Origin: Geosiphon pyriformis uo1
Taxonomy: Eukaryota > Fungi > Glomeromycota
Direction of reading: 5' to 3'
NCBI GenBank assembly: GCA_016748015.1
Contig: JAAOMT010000529.1
Location: 128,848-192,847 of the forward strand
Length of the DNA stretch: 64,000 nucleotides
The notes beneath the pieces were generated by a model. The model saw only the letters and a program-made list of their open reading frames with translations. It made no database searches and was not told where the DNA came from. Shown here piece after piece: positions 41,692 through 54,138 of the stretch. Position 1 is the first letter of the stretch; every line of letters starts with the position of its first letter. The translations under genes and the position numbers were made by a program.

Positions 41692-41804
41692 CCCCAATTG
41701 ATAATCAATAATGAAGGCTGTCAATTTGATTCTCCACATACTTGCATAATCATGTAGAAGATAGTACAATGTCATGTTGTCAAGCCCTCCAAACACAGCA
41801 ACAC
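41692..41804 (-). pseudogene. Captured exon of a PP-loop ATPase (TilS/MesJ-like N-terminus) inside the pogo element
   Basis: GVAVFGGLDNMTL...LTAFIIDYQLG matches VAVSGGxDSMxL...VDHxLR after transitions; bounded by a TAG acceptor and a GTAAGA donor. Confidence 0.65.
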
Positions 41805-44800
41805 CTATATTAATTAGAATATTAATATAAAATACTTTGCACAATGTCAGGGATATTGGAGTGAAAATCAACTACAGTTTTTTAAAAAATGTTCTGATCA
41901 TCATAAGTCATGGGATTTGATATGTAATATATATAAGCATGTAATGGCTTCTGAATTAATGTGGCTATATGTTGTTTTTAAGAAAAATCTATCTGTTGAA
42001 AATTACTTAAAATGAGCCCAAAATAAAACAGATCCTATATTCAGGTTAAAGTATAAACAACTCTTTTTTTATTTACAAGCAATTATTAACTTTTGCATTG
42101 GAGTTTGTTTCAATAGGTCTTCATTAAGACTCGCAGCTAGACAAATATTTGCACCAATTTGGTCTGCTCAGCACCATTCTATTTACCAATTAATTGAAAT
42201 TGCTGATAAAGAACAATGGCTACGATTGAAGCCTGAAGTTTGCAATCTGATTCAAGAAAGAATTGTAATTTCTCAATCTAAACTTTCAAATCAACATCAA
42301 GACCATAATGCAATACTTGAAGAAATTAACAAAATGCTCAAATCATTGATTTCTTCTACACCTTCACAACGGCATTGGGAAATTGTAGCACATAATTGTA
42401 TCAAATTTGAGAAATTACATACTAATCTCTTTAATGTTATCAGATATTCTAAAAGTGAAATATACAGATCTTGTACACGTTCTAGCTTTATTGCTGAATT
42501 AAATCGATTTTGAGTTCAAATAAAAAAGACATAGTTTGTAAATCCAAATGTTTCTAATTGTGTTTTTTGTTATATTGGCCATAAATAGATATTAAGCAAA
42601 GAAATCAAAAAATTCAGTAAAATTGCACAGATGAAAAGAATAGACTTTTTTAAAGCAAGGCAAATTAAAAAAACATTGTTAAGTACTTGGAAACCAATTC
42701 CAGTAATAAGTGAAGAAGCAGATCATCAAAAAATATAAATCTGTTAATAAAATCACAACTATTACCTATTATTAACTCTCTAATACCTTTTTTAAGTGAT
42801 TATGTTTTTGAAGCTTATTAAGTTAATTGTGTAACAGCCTAATAAATATCCTTCAAGAAGTTAGAAATATATTGTATTATATATAGTTTTGTTTACCTTG
42901 GATTGGGTGTATTACCATTTATAATTGGCATTTTTAAAACATGATATGTTGAGTCTAGGTCCGAATCTCTATTCTGTGTGATTATGTTTGGATTATGAAA
43001 AGCATTCAACACAGATTTATTTGCTCCAAAAAAGTTGATTTTTAATACATCTTTAAAACTATCAGTCAAACTTTTGCTTGCTAATACTAAATATTGGTTG
43101 AATAATAAATATAATTGTTAGTATGGAGCCCTTTTTTAATCATGGATGTTAAAGTTGATGTAAAAATGTATTTATTAGGTATATATTGGAATTTTCATGC
43201 TCTGAGTTTTATTACTGGTCACATTTTTCTTCCTAAGGAAAGGTAAATTCGAACTTTATTCCCAGTTAATTTGCTCAAGCAATGTCTCATTAACAAACTT
43301 GTTTCCAGAGAATCCCATTGGGCCATTATTCTTGCTTGTAAATCTGTTAATTTTTCTCCCAATATGGAAAAAAAGTAATCTCATTAGCCAAAGTTTAATT
43401 CAAAGTAACTTCATTAATACTTGCAGCAACAGTCTCCAAAACACTACCAGTTTCTGAAGCACTACCAGTCTTCAAAGCACCAAGAGCAGCAGTACTGTAC
43501 CATATGTTAACTATTATTAAAACTCTCATAATATCTGTAAACAACAAGCCAGATATAATAGTTCTATTATTGTCTTCTGATGGCAGTGGCGGCTTATAAA
43601 GAAGAGTAATTAAATGTTGTAATATTTGAGAAATTTTGTTTAGTGTTCTACAATTGTTTCCAAATTTTTTTTACTACCATAAAAAGAATAATTTCCATTA
43701 ACAATCGGAAAATCTTCCTAACTGTACATGTCCAATTAAATATGAAATGACATCTGATGTTCATATCTAATATCATATGATTATAGTATGACTATAGAGA
43801 GTGGAAATTACTTATATTCTGCTATCATATTTGTGAGGATAAGAACTATAAGGAGATATATATAGTAAAAATAACTATAAGAAGATAATATTATATATAA
43901 ATAGTTTTGGTTTTTAAAAAAATGTGATTATAAGAAGATAGTGACTATAACCAGAGGGACTATAGAGAGAGTTCACTGTAGTTATGAATCTTTTAATCAA
44001 AGTAAACAATCTTGTTTTAAGATTAAAGTTTTATTCTTCTTAATAACAAATTCAATTTAAATAATTAATATATATAACATTAGAGGTTTAAATAATTCTG
44101 TTAAGCAAGAAAATATTATTTATTGGTACAGAAAAATGAACAATATGGTTTTTATTGTTACTAAAATAAAATTAAAGAAGAATATTTGTTTTTAGATTGT
44201 TAACAAATTTGATAGTATTCAAGTGTTTATTTCTGGTTTAAACTCTGACTATTTGGGTTTTGGTGTTGCTGTTATCATGAACACTAAATTAACAAAACAT
44301 ATAAACAAAGTTTTAGAAATTACTAATTAGTTGTTGTTTATCAAATTGCTTTTTAAGAATAAGCTCTTTATTTTGATTTTAAAACTATATGTTGATGCTA
44401 TTCTAATAACATATCTGTTTCAGATTAGAAAAATCAACTTATTAATTGTTAAAACTGTAAATGAATCTTTTTTTGTAATCCTGGATGGTGATTTTAATAA
44501 AAATGGTTTTTATAGAAGTGCTAGTTTTAAGAAATGTATTGATCTAAAACTGGTTAATTCTTTAACAAAAAGTTTGTTTGTAAAAACTTCAACATAAAAA
44601 AATTTTAAGAGTGCTAAAAAAACAATTGACTACATATTTGTATCTTTAAGTCTAATTAATACATTGATTGGTCATGATGTTTTAAATTTTAGTAACTATT
44701 TTAATTCTAACTATTAAGCTGTTTTTATTTCTATGAAGTTGAAAAATTTGTTTGATGTAAAATTGAATTTTCTTTACAAATAGACTAATAGAAATTGTTG

Positions 44801-46049
44801 AAAGTTTGATTTCAAAAATGCTAATAATACCAAATAATCCAGATTTAAAGATGTTATAATGAATAATATTATAATGTTTACTAATAAGTTTATTATATCT
44901 AAAACATTTTCAATTTAGATACAATGTAGAATATTATTTGAAAAATTATGTGTCTATTAGCCAATAAAATATTTAAAAAAAAATAGTTTAAAAGTTTTAA
45001 TAATGTTTTCACCAAAGAGTTTTTTAAGTTTTATAAGTTGAAAGTTTTGATTGCAAAAATTGTCAACTTTTTATACATAAGGCTTAAAAATGAATTTGAT
45101 TTTTTGATAAACTGCTAGATATCTTTGAACAATAATAAAGTAATGAATATTTAGGCTCTTTTGAACTTTGGTGCTAACTTTAATAATGTAAAATTTGGTT
45201 TGTTTAGTATAAGAAAATTTTATTGTGTTTTCAAGCTTATAGAGTTGCTAAGAGCTAAAAAATTGAATATTATATCTGTTATTAATAAACAGATAGAAAG
45301 TTTTGCAGTTAATAAGGATTATATAATAATAAGTATATTAAAGCATCTGTTTCAAAAAATGGTTTTAAATTACTTGGTTATTAATAATAAATTGGTTCTA
45401 AACTTTGGTAAAATTAAAGCTAAGATTAATGAAATAATGGAGAGCTAATAAAAAAAAATTAATAATAAACAATATTCTTGATTTGTAGTATTGAGAATAT
45501 TTGTCTTTAAAGCATATTGATAATGATGTTTTTTTTGAAGTTATAAGAGCTATTGCTTATAATAATATACTATAAATAATTAAAAACTTACCCAATAAAA
45601 AGACCATTGGTCCATTTGGTATTATTAATAAACTGTGAAAATATTGTAATGTTTCTGTTTTTATGATGTTTTTAAATTTTTTGAATTTCTGTTTAATATG
45701 TAAATTTGTATCTTAATTTTAAAAAGAAGCTTGAATGTCAATAATTCTTAAATTTTATGAATAAAAGAAAGTTCTAACTAATACTAGGCCAATTATATTG
45801 ATTAAAACTATCTGGAAAATTCTCTTTAAAATACTTTCTGATAAAATTTTAATAGCTTATAACAGATTTGATGTTTTTTATAATGATAATTTTTCTGTTT
45901 CAAAAAAACCCACTATTTAGTTTTTTATTTTTATAGTAAATTTGGTAATAAAAAACACATTAAAAAAAAGATGTAAACTTTAGATGATTTTGCAAGATAT
46001 GTAAAGGACTTATAATTTAATTAAATAGTATTATTTAAAGAAAAAAAGC

Positions 46050-46627
46050 TGATTAAAGAAAGAAGCAAAAACATGACCTAGAAAAATGTGATGAAACATG
46101 AAAGAACACAAAATAATGCACAATAACATTAGATAATACATTATAATATAAGATAATGTGTTATAATACAGGATAACATAGAATAATATGTAATAACATC
46201 AGATAATATATTATAACATAGGATAATTAGTTATAACATAAAAAAATAAAGCAATAGCTAGCAAGAACAGACAATCCAAAGCAATTCTATAAAACTAGAA
46301 AATATGTATATATAGCAATAGCATTAAAAGCAGAAAGGAGATGAATCCCCAGATAAAAATTTATTAGTTACCATTCCTAGTTAAAAACATATCATTCCAA
46401 AATATCAATAAATATATTTATTTAGCATCTCAAATTTAATTGCTTATTATCAACTCTAAATATTGATAGTAATTAATACTTAACCACATTGGAACAATAG
46501 CTTTTGATCATGCTTATTAATGGAATACTAACATTTATTGTCTTGGCTTATTTTTTTCTTTTCTTTTATTTTTTTTTCTTGTTGTTAACTAATTGATTAA
46601 AAAGATTAAGCACTAAGTTATTAACAT
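46050..46627 (+). mobile_element. Partial family-B-related LTR with ATAAC-type 5-mer array, interrupted by the next insertion
   Basis: 46300-46627 is colinear with 26550-26864; 5-mer array at ~46120-46240. Left boundary uncertain. Confidence 0.7.
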
Positions 46628-49600
46628 TGTTACAGATGATTATTTGGGGTCTTAAAACAAATAACAAATCTATAACTTAGTACTCAGTTGATATAATGGG
46701 GTTGGTTTTGAAGGTTTTAGTTGGTTTGAAGATTTTGTTGTGGAGTTTTTTGTATAATAGACAGAAATTCAATAGTTGTTTTTAGTAGCCTCTCAGATTC
46801 GCAATTTTATCCAATTTCTTTCTCAGCATGGTGGCCAGTAATCTGGCAGAGATGCCCTTCTGGTAAGCTATTCTTAAATTCTCAATGTTATACTTTTCCT
46901 TTAGGATCTTTTACCAGGCTATTCTTAATGTTAATAATTCAGCACTTTTTTTCTTTAATTAATTAGTAAAACAAAAGAAATAACAAAAAAAAATAAAAAA
47001 AAATAAAAAAACAAGCCAAGGCAATAAGTATTAGTATCTCATCAATAGCCATGATCAAGAGCTATTGTTCCAGTATGGTTAAGTATCAATTACTATCAAC
47101 ATAAAGTGTTAATAGTGGAGAGTAAATTGAAATAGTGAATAATTATTTATTGATATTTGTGAATGAAAGATTGCTTAGATCAAATCTAAACTGAGAGATC
47201 TGTCTTTTTTTCTTCTAATGCTACCACTATATATACATAATTGATGTTCTACAAGATTGTTCACATTCTTAAATAATGTGCTATGATTTTTTAAGCAATG
47301 CTTACATTGCTAAGTAATATGCCTTAATTTTCTAACATCGCTCCACATTGCTGAGCAATATGCTCATGTGCTAACTACTACTTTTTTATTGGTCTACTAT
47401 TTTCTCTATCTGTTTTTCTTTTTATAAGTAGTATTATCTTCTTCTTTAATATTGAGCTTCATTGAAATCTTTATTTTAGATTATGTTGAATACTTTTTTT
47501 TTGAGTAGCACCTGTTCCATTCTGTTCTTTATTTCTTTGATTTGTGAATTGTTTATTCTTTCCCATTGGTTGATAGTTATTGTTTCTATGTTAGAGTATA
47601 ACAATACTTCTGAGTAGTTTTGAAATATAGTGTGTAGTCAATAAATGACCCTAATGTGTAATGTTAAGTTTGTTTTCTTTTCAATAATGTCTTCAATATT
47701 CCAAATTATCTTTTGATTGAAGATTCTCTTGGATTTATTAAAATATAACTTTTGAATATTTACTTTTTGTTCCAGTTGATAGTAGCAGTATGATATTAAA
47801 AATTGGTCTATTCATTGGTTTTAATTTTCTTTAGCCAGTTTTTTGTTGGAACCATGATTGTTATCTTTTCAAAAGTGTTCTTTACTTTCTCTATTATTTT
47901 ATCTAACCAGTTTATTGGTTGTTTCTGTGGTTGCTGGTATAGTGTACTTTTTTTTTTTTTTGGTGTTTTGATAACAGATTGTTTGGTTGTTAATTATGTT
48001 TACTTGCTGTTGACTTAAAGCCTGAAACAATTGTTGAGCTAAAGTGTGAATATGGTCTGGTATTTCTATTTTTCTTTGTTGCTTTTGTCACATATACTGT
48101 GTTTTTATATATTTCTTAATTTAACATGTTTGGTTCAATAACTATAATTGATTCCAGATCTTGTGGAATCTCATCTGATTAAACCAGTATTTTCTGTGCT
48201 CTCAATTGTGGAATATTACTGATAGATGCTGATATTATGTTTTGATATAATTTCAGTCGATCTCTATGTACTGTTTTGGTTAATATTTTGTTGTTTAACC
48301 TTAATTTATAAGCTCCATTTCCTAGAATTTTTTCTATGTAAAATAATCCATCTCATTTGGAGTCAAATTTTCCACTTTATTGTTTTTCCGCTTTGGTATA
48401 ATATAGAAGTACTTTGTTTTCAATTTTGAATTCAACTGATTTATCTAGTAGTTGATTATCATGTCTTTTTTTTTGTTTTTTTTGTGACTTTTGGATGTTA
48501 TCAGCTGCTTTTTACTGTTTATTTTCCAGTGTTTTCATTAAGTCATATGTTTTTCTTAACAATGTTTTTTGAAAATTCTCTTCTGTTATTGGTTCTGTTG
48601 GATATGTTTTGACTTCTATCTTAACTGGTAATGTTGCTGTTTTATTGTAAACTAATTCAAATAGTATTGCTTATGTAGTGTCTTGTTTCATTGTTTTATA
48701 CGCAAATAATACTGATGGTATAAACAAATTCCATTTGTTCTGGTTTTTTTGGCTGATCTTGACTATTGTTTCACACAGTGTTCTGTTGAACCTTTCAACT
48801 AACTCATTTGTTTGTGGATAGTATGGTGATAATAATAGTCTTTTTATCCCAAATCTTTGACTTAATTCTGCCAATGTTCTATTTACAAAGTGAGTTCTTT
48901 GATCTGATAGTAGTTTTTTTAGACATCCGTGTTGACAGATCAAATCTTAATAAATGAATTCAGCAATGAATTCTGTATTTGCTCTTTGAATGGCTTTTGC
49001 TTCTGGTCATTTTGTGAGATAATTCATGGCTACTGCAATATATCTGTTGCCTCTGCTGGTAATTGTTAATGGTTCAACCAAGTCAATTCCAATACAATCA
49101 AATGGTTGTCTCACTTTGATTGGTCTTAATGGTTCACTGGGTTTTGTTTCACCTCTTCTTTGACAAGCATCACAACTTTGAACATATTGAATAATATCCA
49201 AATACATTGATGGTTAATAGTATCTTTTTCTAATTCTTTCTATGATTGCTTCTTTGTGAAAATATTCTACTATTGGATTCAAGTACATGTTGAATAATAT
49301 TGTTTCTTTCTCTGATTCTGTAATTACTTTGGTTGGTTGATTTGGATTTCTTTTGTTTTTCTAGTAAAGTATATTTTGATGATTGATAAAATATTTTGAT
49401 TGCTGTTTTATGTTGTTTTATTCCTTTTAAGATAATTTTTTCTTAAACAATTGGGTATTTATATAATATTGAAGTTGTTGGTATTTTTGTATATTCATCT
49501 TTTGTTATATTTTTGGGTTAAAATGTTTTTAGATTTGTCTTATTTGTGACAGTCCATTGGCATTTCCATTTTCTTTTTCTTTTTTGTAATGTACTATATA

Positions 49601-52600
49601 ATTAAATAGTAAAAGTTCTATTTTCCATCTGGCATGGCAATCATCTCCAAATTTTTGCTTTTGGATTGAAGTCAATTTTTTATAATCTGTGTACACATCA
49701 AACTTTTAACTTAAGTATTTTTTCCATTTGGTGACAGCTCAATAGATAGCTAAATGTTTTAGCACTAGAGTTCCATAGTTTTTTTTAGCTGGACTTAAAC
49801 TTCTACTGGCATAAGCTATTGAATGTTTTCATTCATCTGTTCCTTTTTGAGATAGTACTGCTCTCAATACTTGACCTGATATATCTGTTGTAATTATGAA
49901 TGGCTTGTTATGATCTGAATAGATCAATACTGAAGCTTGAATAAGTTTTTTTCTCAGCATATTAAAAGCTTTTTGCTGAGTTTCAGTCTATTTGTATTTG
50001 GTGTTCTTTGTTTGGAGTTGATGTAGTAATTGAGCTATTTTGGAAAAGTTTTTGATAAAGTGGCAGTAGTATCTGGCAAATCCCAAGAATGCTCTTAATT
50101 CTGTAAAATTATTTGGTACTGGAAAGTTTTTAACAATTTCAATCTTATCTGAATTCGTTTTAATACCATCTTTGCTTACAACATATCCCAAAAACTTGAG
50201 TTCTGTTTTGCCAAAGAAACATTTATTGGCATTTAATTTTAATCTTGCTTGTCTAAGTCTTTCAAATACTTGTTGGAGATAATGCAGATGATCATTAAAT
50301 GTTTTTGAGAACACATTGGTGTTGTTCAGATATATGACTACTAATTTCCATAGTAGTCTAGTATAGACAATTTCCATGAGTCATTGAAATGTGGTGGGAG
50401 CATTCATCAAGCCAAATAGCATTACTTCAAATTCAAAATTTCTTTCTTGTATTGTAAAAGCTGTTTTTTCTTTATCTTCTGATTTCATGACTACTTGCCA
50501 GTAACTGCTGTCTAAATCTAAAGTTAAAAACCATTTCTTTTCTTCAAAAGCATTGAACAGCTTTTGGATCTTTGGTGTTAGATAGCTATCTCTCTTGGTT
50601 ACTCCATTCAGTTTCTAGTAATCCACACAAAAGCAGATTTTTTCATTTTTCTTATGGACTAGTACTACTGATAATAACCATGAGCTTATTGATGGCTGAA
50701 TTAGTCTATTGTCAAGCATCCAATTGATTTCTTGACAAATGATCTCATGGCTGGCTAGTAGTATTCTGTATGCTCTTTGCTTAATTGGCATTGCATCTCC
50801 AGTTTTTATCTAATGTTGAATAATATCAGTTCTGCCAAATTTATTTTCACTGGCAAAAATGTCATTGAAGTTGTTGAGTAACATTTTGAGTTGCATCTGT
50901 TAAAGTGGGTCTAGATTTCCCAAGTTTATCTGTTCCAATTGTTTTGGTTAGAGCAGATAAAATTTTTCTCATCCATATATGGTTTGAAATGTGATATCTA
51001 CATATTCACACAGTTGTGGAAAGTTTGGAATAGTGTTTGGCAGTTGGTTTTCAATTTTGGTGGTTAAGTATCCAATGGTGGTTTCTTCTGGTATCTTAAT
51101 GATATCTTCTATGTTGTTATAAATAAAAATTTTAATGTGTCTGTGGTTCTTGGCTGGTATGTATAGATTAACTAATCCAATCTTTTCTGATTCACAAAGT
51201 GTTGTTTCTGCCTCAAAAATCTGAATCTGGTCCTTTACCTTTCTTTCTATGACTACTATGTATTAATTATATGATAGAATGGAAATTGATTGATGGGTGG
51301 AGATAATTTCTCCCTTGTCAACAATTTTTTTCTCTGCCATATTAACTGGTACATCTATTCTATCCATAGATCTAAAACTCTGTATTTCTCTAGCTGTAAT
51401 TCCTAACTTTTTTCTATTTCCCACTGATACTAATTAAGCTATTTTAACCAGAGACAGGAATATTGTATGGGCTATCTTTTTGTTTGGCTCTATAATATAG
51501 ATCTTTTCTGAGTTATTTTGTAGCATTGCAATAATATTTTCTATACATCTTGCATCAATTATTTCTTCTTTAATATTGATTCCTTTTTTCACTAAACTAT
51601 TTTTGGATGCTAATTGAATCATTGTTATTGCTGAAATTTCTAGTGCTATTTTAAGATTAATGCAAATACACAAGTGTGGTTCCAATTTGATGGTATCTTT
51701 TCCCAGATATCTTAGATCAAACCCTGCATTGGTATTATGCACACATTCTGGCATGATACCCTTATCATTGTTGCTAAACTATTTTAGTTCTTGCTTTTTA
51801 GAGAGATCAGGAAACATAATGTATTGTTTAAAGTTTGAATCAAAGTTTGAATTATTATAATTTTTATTGCCATTTTGAATAGAGCTGTAACCATTATTTT
51901 TGTCATCATTATTGTCAGAGTTTGGATTAGAATTGAACAGTAATTTCGATTCTGATATGCAGCTGCTAATTGGTTTTTCTTCCTTTAGGATCATGTAAAT
52001 TATATATGGTGGTAGATTGTAAATGAGATTACATTCATTACAATATTGAAAGTCACAGAGAATTAAACAATGTTGACATAATTGAGTATTCAACTGTTTT
52101 AAACACTATTCTTGTTTTTTTTAGTGGGTGCTAGTTGCTGGTAGTGTTTGTGAAATTCTTCTAAATTGTCTTTAATGTTGCCAAAAACATCAAAAGTTTG
52201 GACATATTCGGGTTTAAGAAGAGATAGAGGGTTGTTTTTAATTTTCAGTAGTTCACTGCTTGTCACATTTTCTGCTTTCACACTTACTGTTACTAAAGGT
52301 TTTTGGTTTTTTTTCTTGAATGTTGTAAATGTCTGTTGGTTGCAAATTCACATTTTCTAGAAGTAGTTAAACCTCCAGTATTAAATTTATTTTCAAATTA
52401 TTTCCTATAATTTGAACTGCTGGGCTTATAAGTGAAATGGCCAATTCCATGCCAGTTACTTTGTGTAGTTATGTTGTAGTAAACGTCAACTCTTTCTCAG
52501 GAATTGCTCATTTGAAAGCTCACCAAAATATGTAGTTACTTTGCTGTAAAAGTCAACTCTTCTACAGAAATCTTGTCTGTAGACTACCTTAATGATTATA

Positions 52601-53152
52601 GTAAGAAAATAAAAGAAAATAAAAAAAATGTAAAAGAAATTGAATTCTGTCAAGGGAAACGTTTTCTATTCAGGCCTGGAGTCACTAACAGTTTACTGAA
52701 ATTAGTAGCTAATCAATTTCAAAATGTTAGTTGGGTTTTGGGGATTTTCCAAGTGCAATAATTAAAGAATTTGGTTTTTCAAATTATTTGATATTTATTT
52801 CTTTTTGTGTGTGTAAGAATGGTTTTAAGTGATAAATCTAAAGTAAAATACATTTTTTTGAAGAAAAAAGCTCTTTTTTTATACAACTTGTTGTAATACT
52901 AGTCTATAAACTTGCACTTTTTCTCTTTGCTTAAATTTCGGCGAATTTCTGTAAATTTCAGCAAATTTTTGAATGTTACAAAGTTCAGAGTATTGTGTAA
53001 TTTGATCATCTTACTTTCTGTTATACTAATTGGATTATTTAATTGAATCGTAATATGTGATAATTGATTAAATAATAAATAATAATTTGAAATGATATTA
53101 ATATACTAATTAATTATAGGAATTATAAGAGTAATTTTATGCTAATTAATAG

Positions 53153-53860
53153 CTAAAATTCTACTGGTAATATAATCTCCTCCTCAAGACTGAGTTTCAT
53201 CAAAGTCCAAGCACTATCTGTGATATTGAGATAATGATCCAAAATAATTGAAGTAATCTGGTCTGAAAATTGTTGAAATTTCAGTTCTGTGAGTTTGCCA
53301 ATGTATTAGATTTTCATTGGTTGCAGTATTGGATTTTGTAGAATATTTTCACAAGTATTAAACAAATCATAGAGTCTAAAAGCTGCTTTAAGTTTGTAGC
53401 AAGTGTTTGTTGGTCCAGCTGCTGTTTTGAATTCATTATGAATTTGTTTTTGTATAGTTTCAGGAGTGAGATTTGTTGTTTCAAGTTCCAGTTTTTATTC
53501 ATAAAGTGTCTTTCCAATGTGAAAGTATTTATAGATAGGGGTGTATTTATTGTTCTGTTCATTGAGAAGTAGTAGAAGTTTTTGTTGTATTGTAGTATTT
53601 GGTGGAATGTCAATAGGGGCAATTAAAAGATTTTCTTCCAGTGCTTGCTTCAAAAGTCTTGGTAATCTATTTTCAAAGTGACTTCTTGTTTTTCTTCTAT
53701 AGGAGTGATAGTTCTGTAAATGATTTACTACTGAGGCTGTGGTTTTTTTCTGAATATAATTAATTTGACTTTTATTAATCGTTATGGATAAGTCAGGAAG
53801 TGTTTTCAAGACTAAAATTAACTTTTGGGATATTTGTTGAATATTTCGGGGAATAATCAT
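53153..53860 (-). pseudogene. Extra ORF3 (~235 codons) between integrase and 3' LTR, function unknown
   Basis: ATG at 53860; a single frame with only two internal TAA runs through the PPT to a TAG just inside the LTR. The paralogous copy at 63862-64000 has CAA at the second TAA. Confidence 0.75.
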
Positions 53861-54138
53861 GATAAAATTGACTAATTATGAAAAGGGAGAATAAAGAAAA
53901 TTATTTTTGGATATGGGGTTTTTATTTGTTTTTGGGTTTGTGTGTTTTTTGTAATTATTTATTATTTTTTTGTCTTTGTGTTTTTATTAAAAAATTATTG
54001 TAAAATTTAAGTGTTCAAGTTTGGTTGTTGTTCTATTATAATTATTGGTTCTAAATTTCGGAAAATATCTTTAGGATTAATTAAAGAGGAATGTGTACCA
54101 ATTTGTGGAATTAATGTTTTAGAATTGTTTCTGGAATG

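Larger units (their letters stand above)
39728..43978 (-). mobile_element. pogo/Tigger-type Tc1-mariner DNA transposon (4251 bp) with cargo
   Basis: TIRs TAGTGAACTCTCTTTATAATC (left) and CAGTGAACTCTCTCTATAGTC (right, reverse complement); TA TSD at 39726-39727 and 43979-43980; repeated subterminal GACTATAGAGAG-like motifs at both ends. Confidence 0.93.
38080..46050 (+). mobile_element. Decayed LINE (ORF1, APE endonuclease, start of RT), split by the pogo insertion and cut at the 3' side by LTR insertions
   Basis: From ~44075: NIRGLN...ILDGDFN...IDYIFVS (APE motifs); NTRPIILI and a decayed LQDMRKAYDS-like motif near 45990-46020 (RT). ORF1 rejoins in frame across the pogo TA site (SFLDI|VMNLL). 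Boundaries approximate. Confidence 0.8.

Noticed and set aside
52573-52761. Repeated small ORF MSVDYLNDYSKK... (also 61349-61582)
   Set aside because: It recurs only because it lies in the duplicated LTR, is antisense to the element, and has no recognisable motif.
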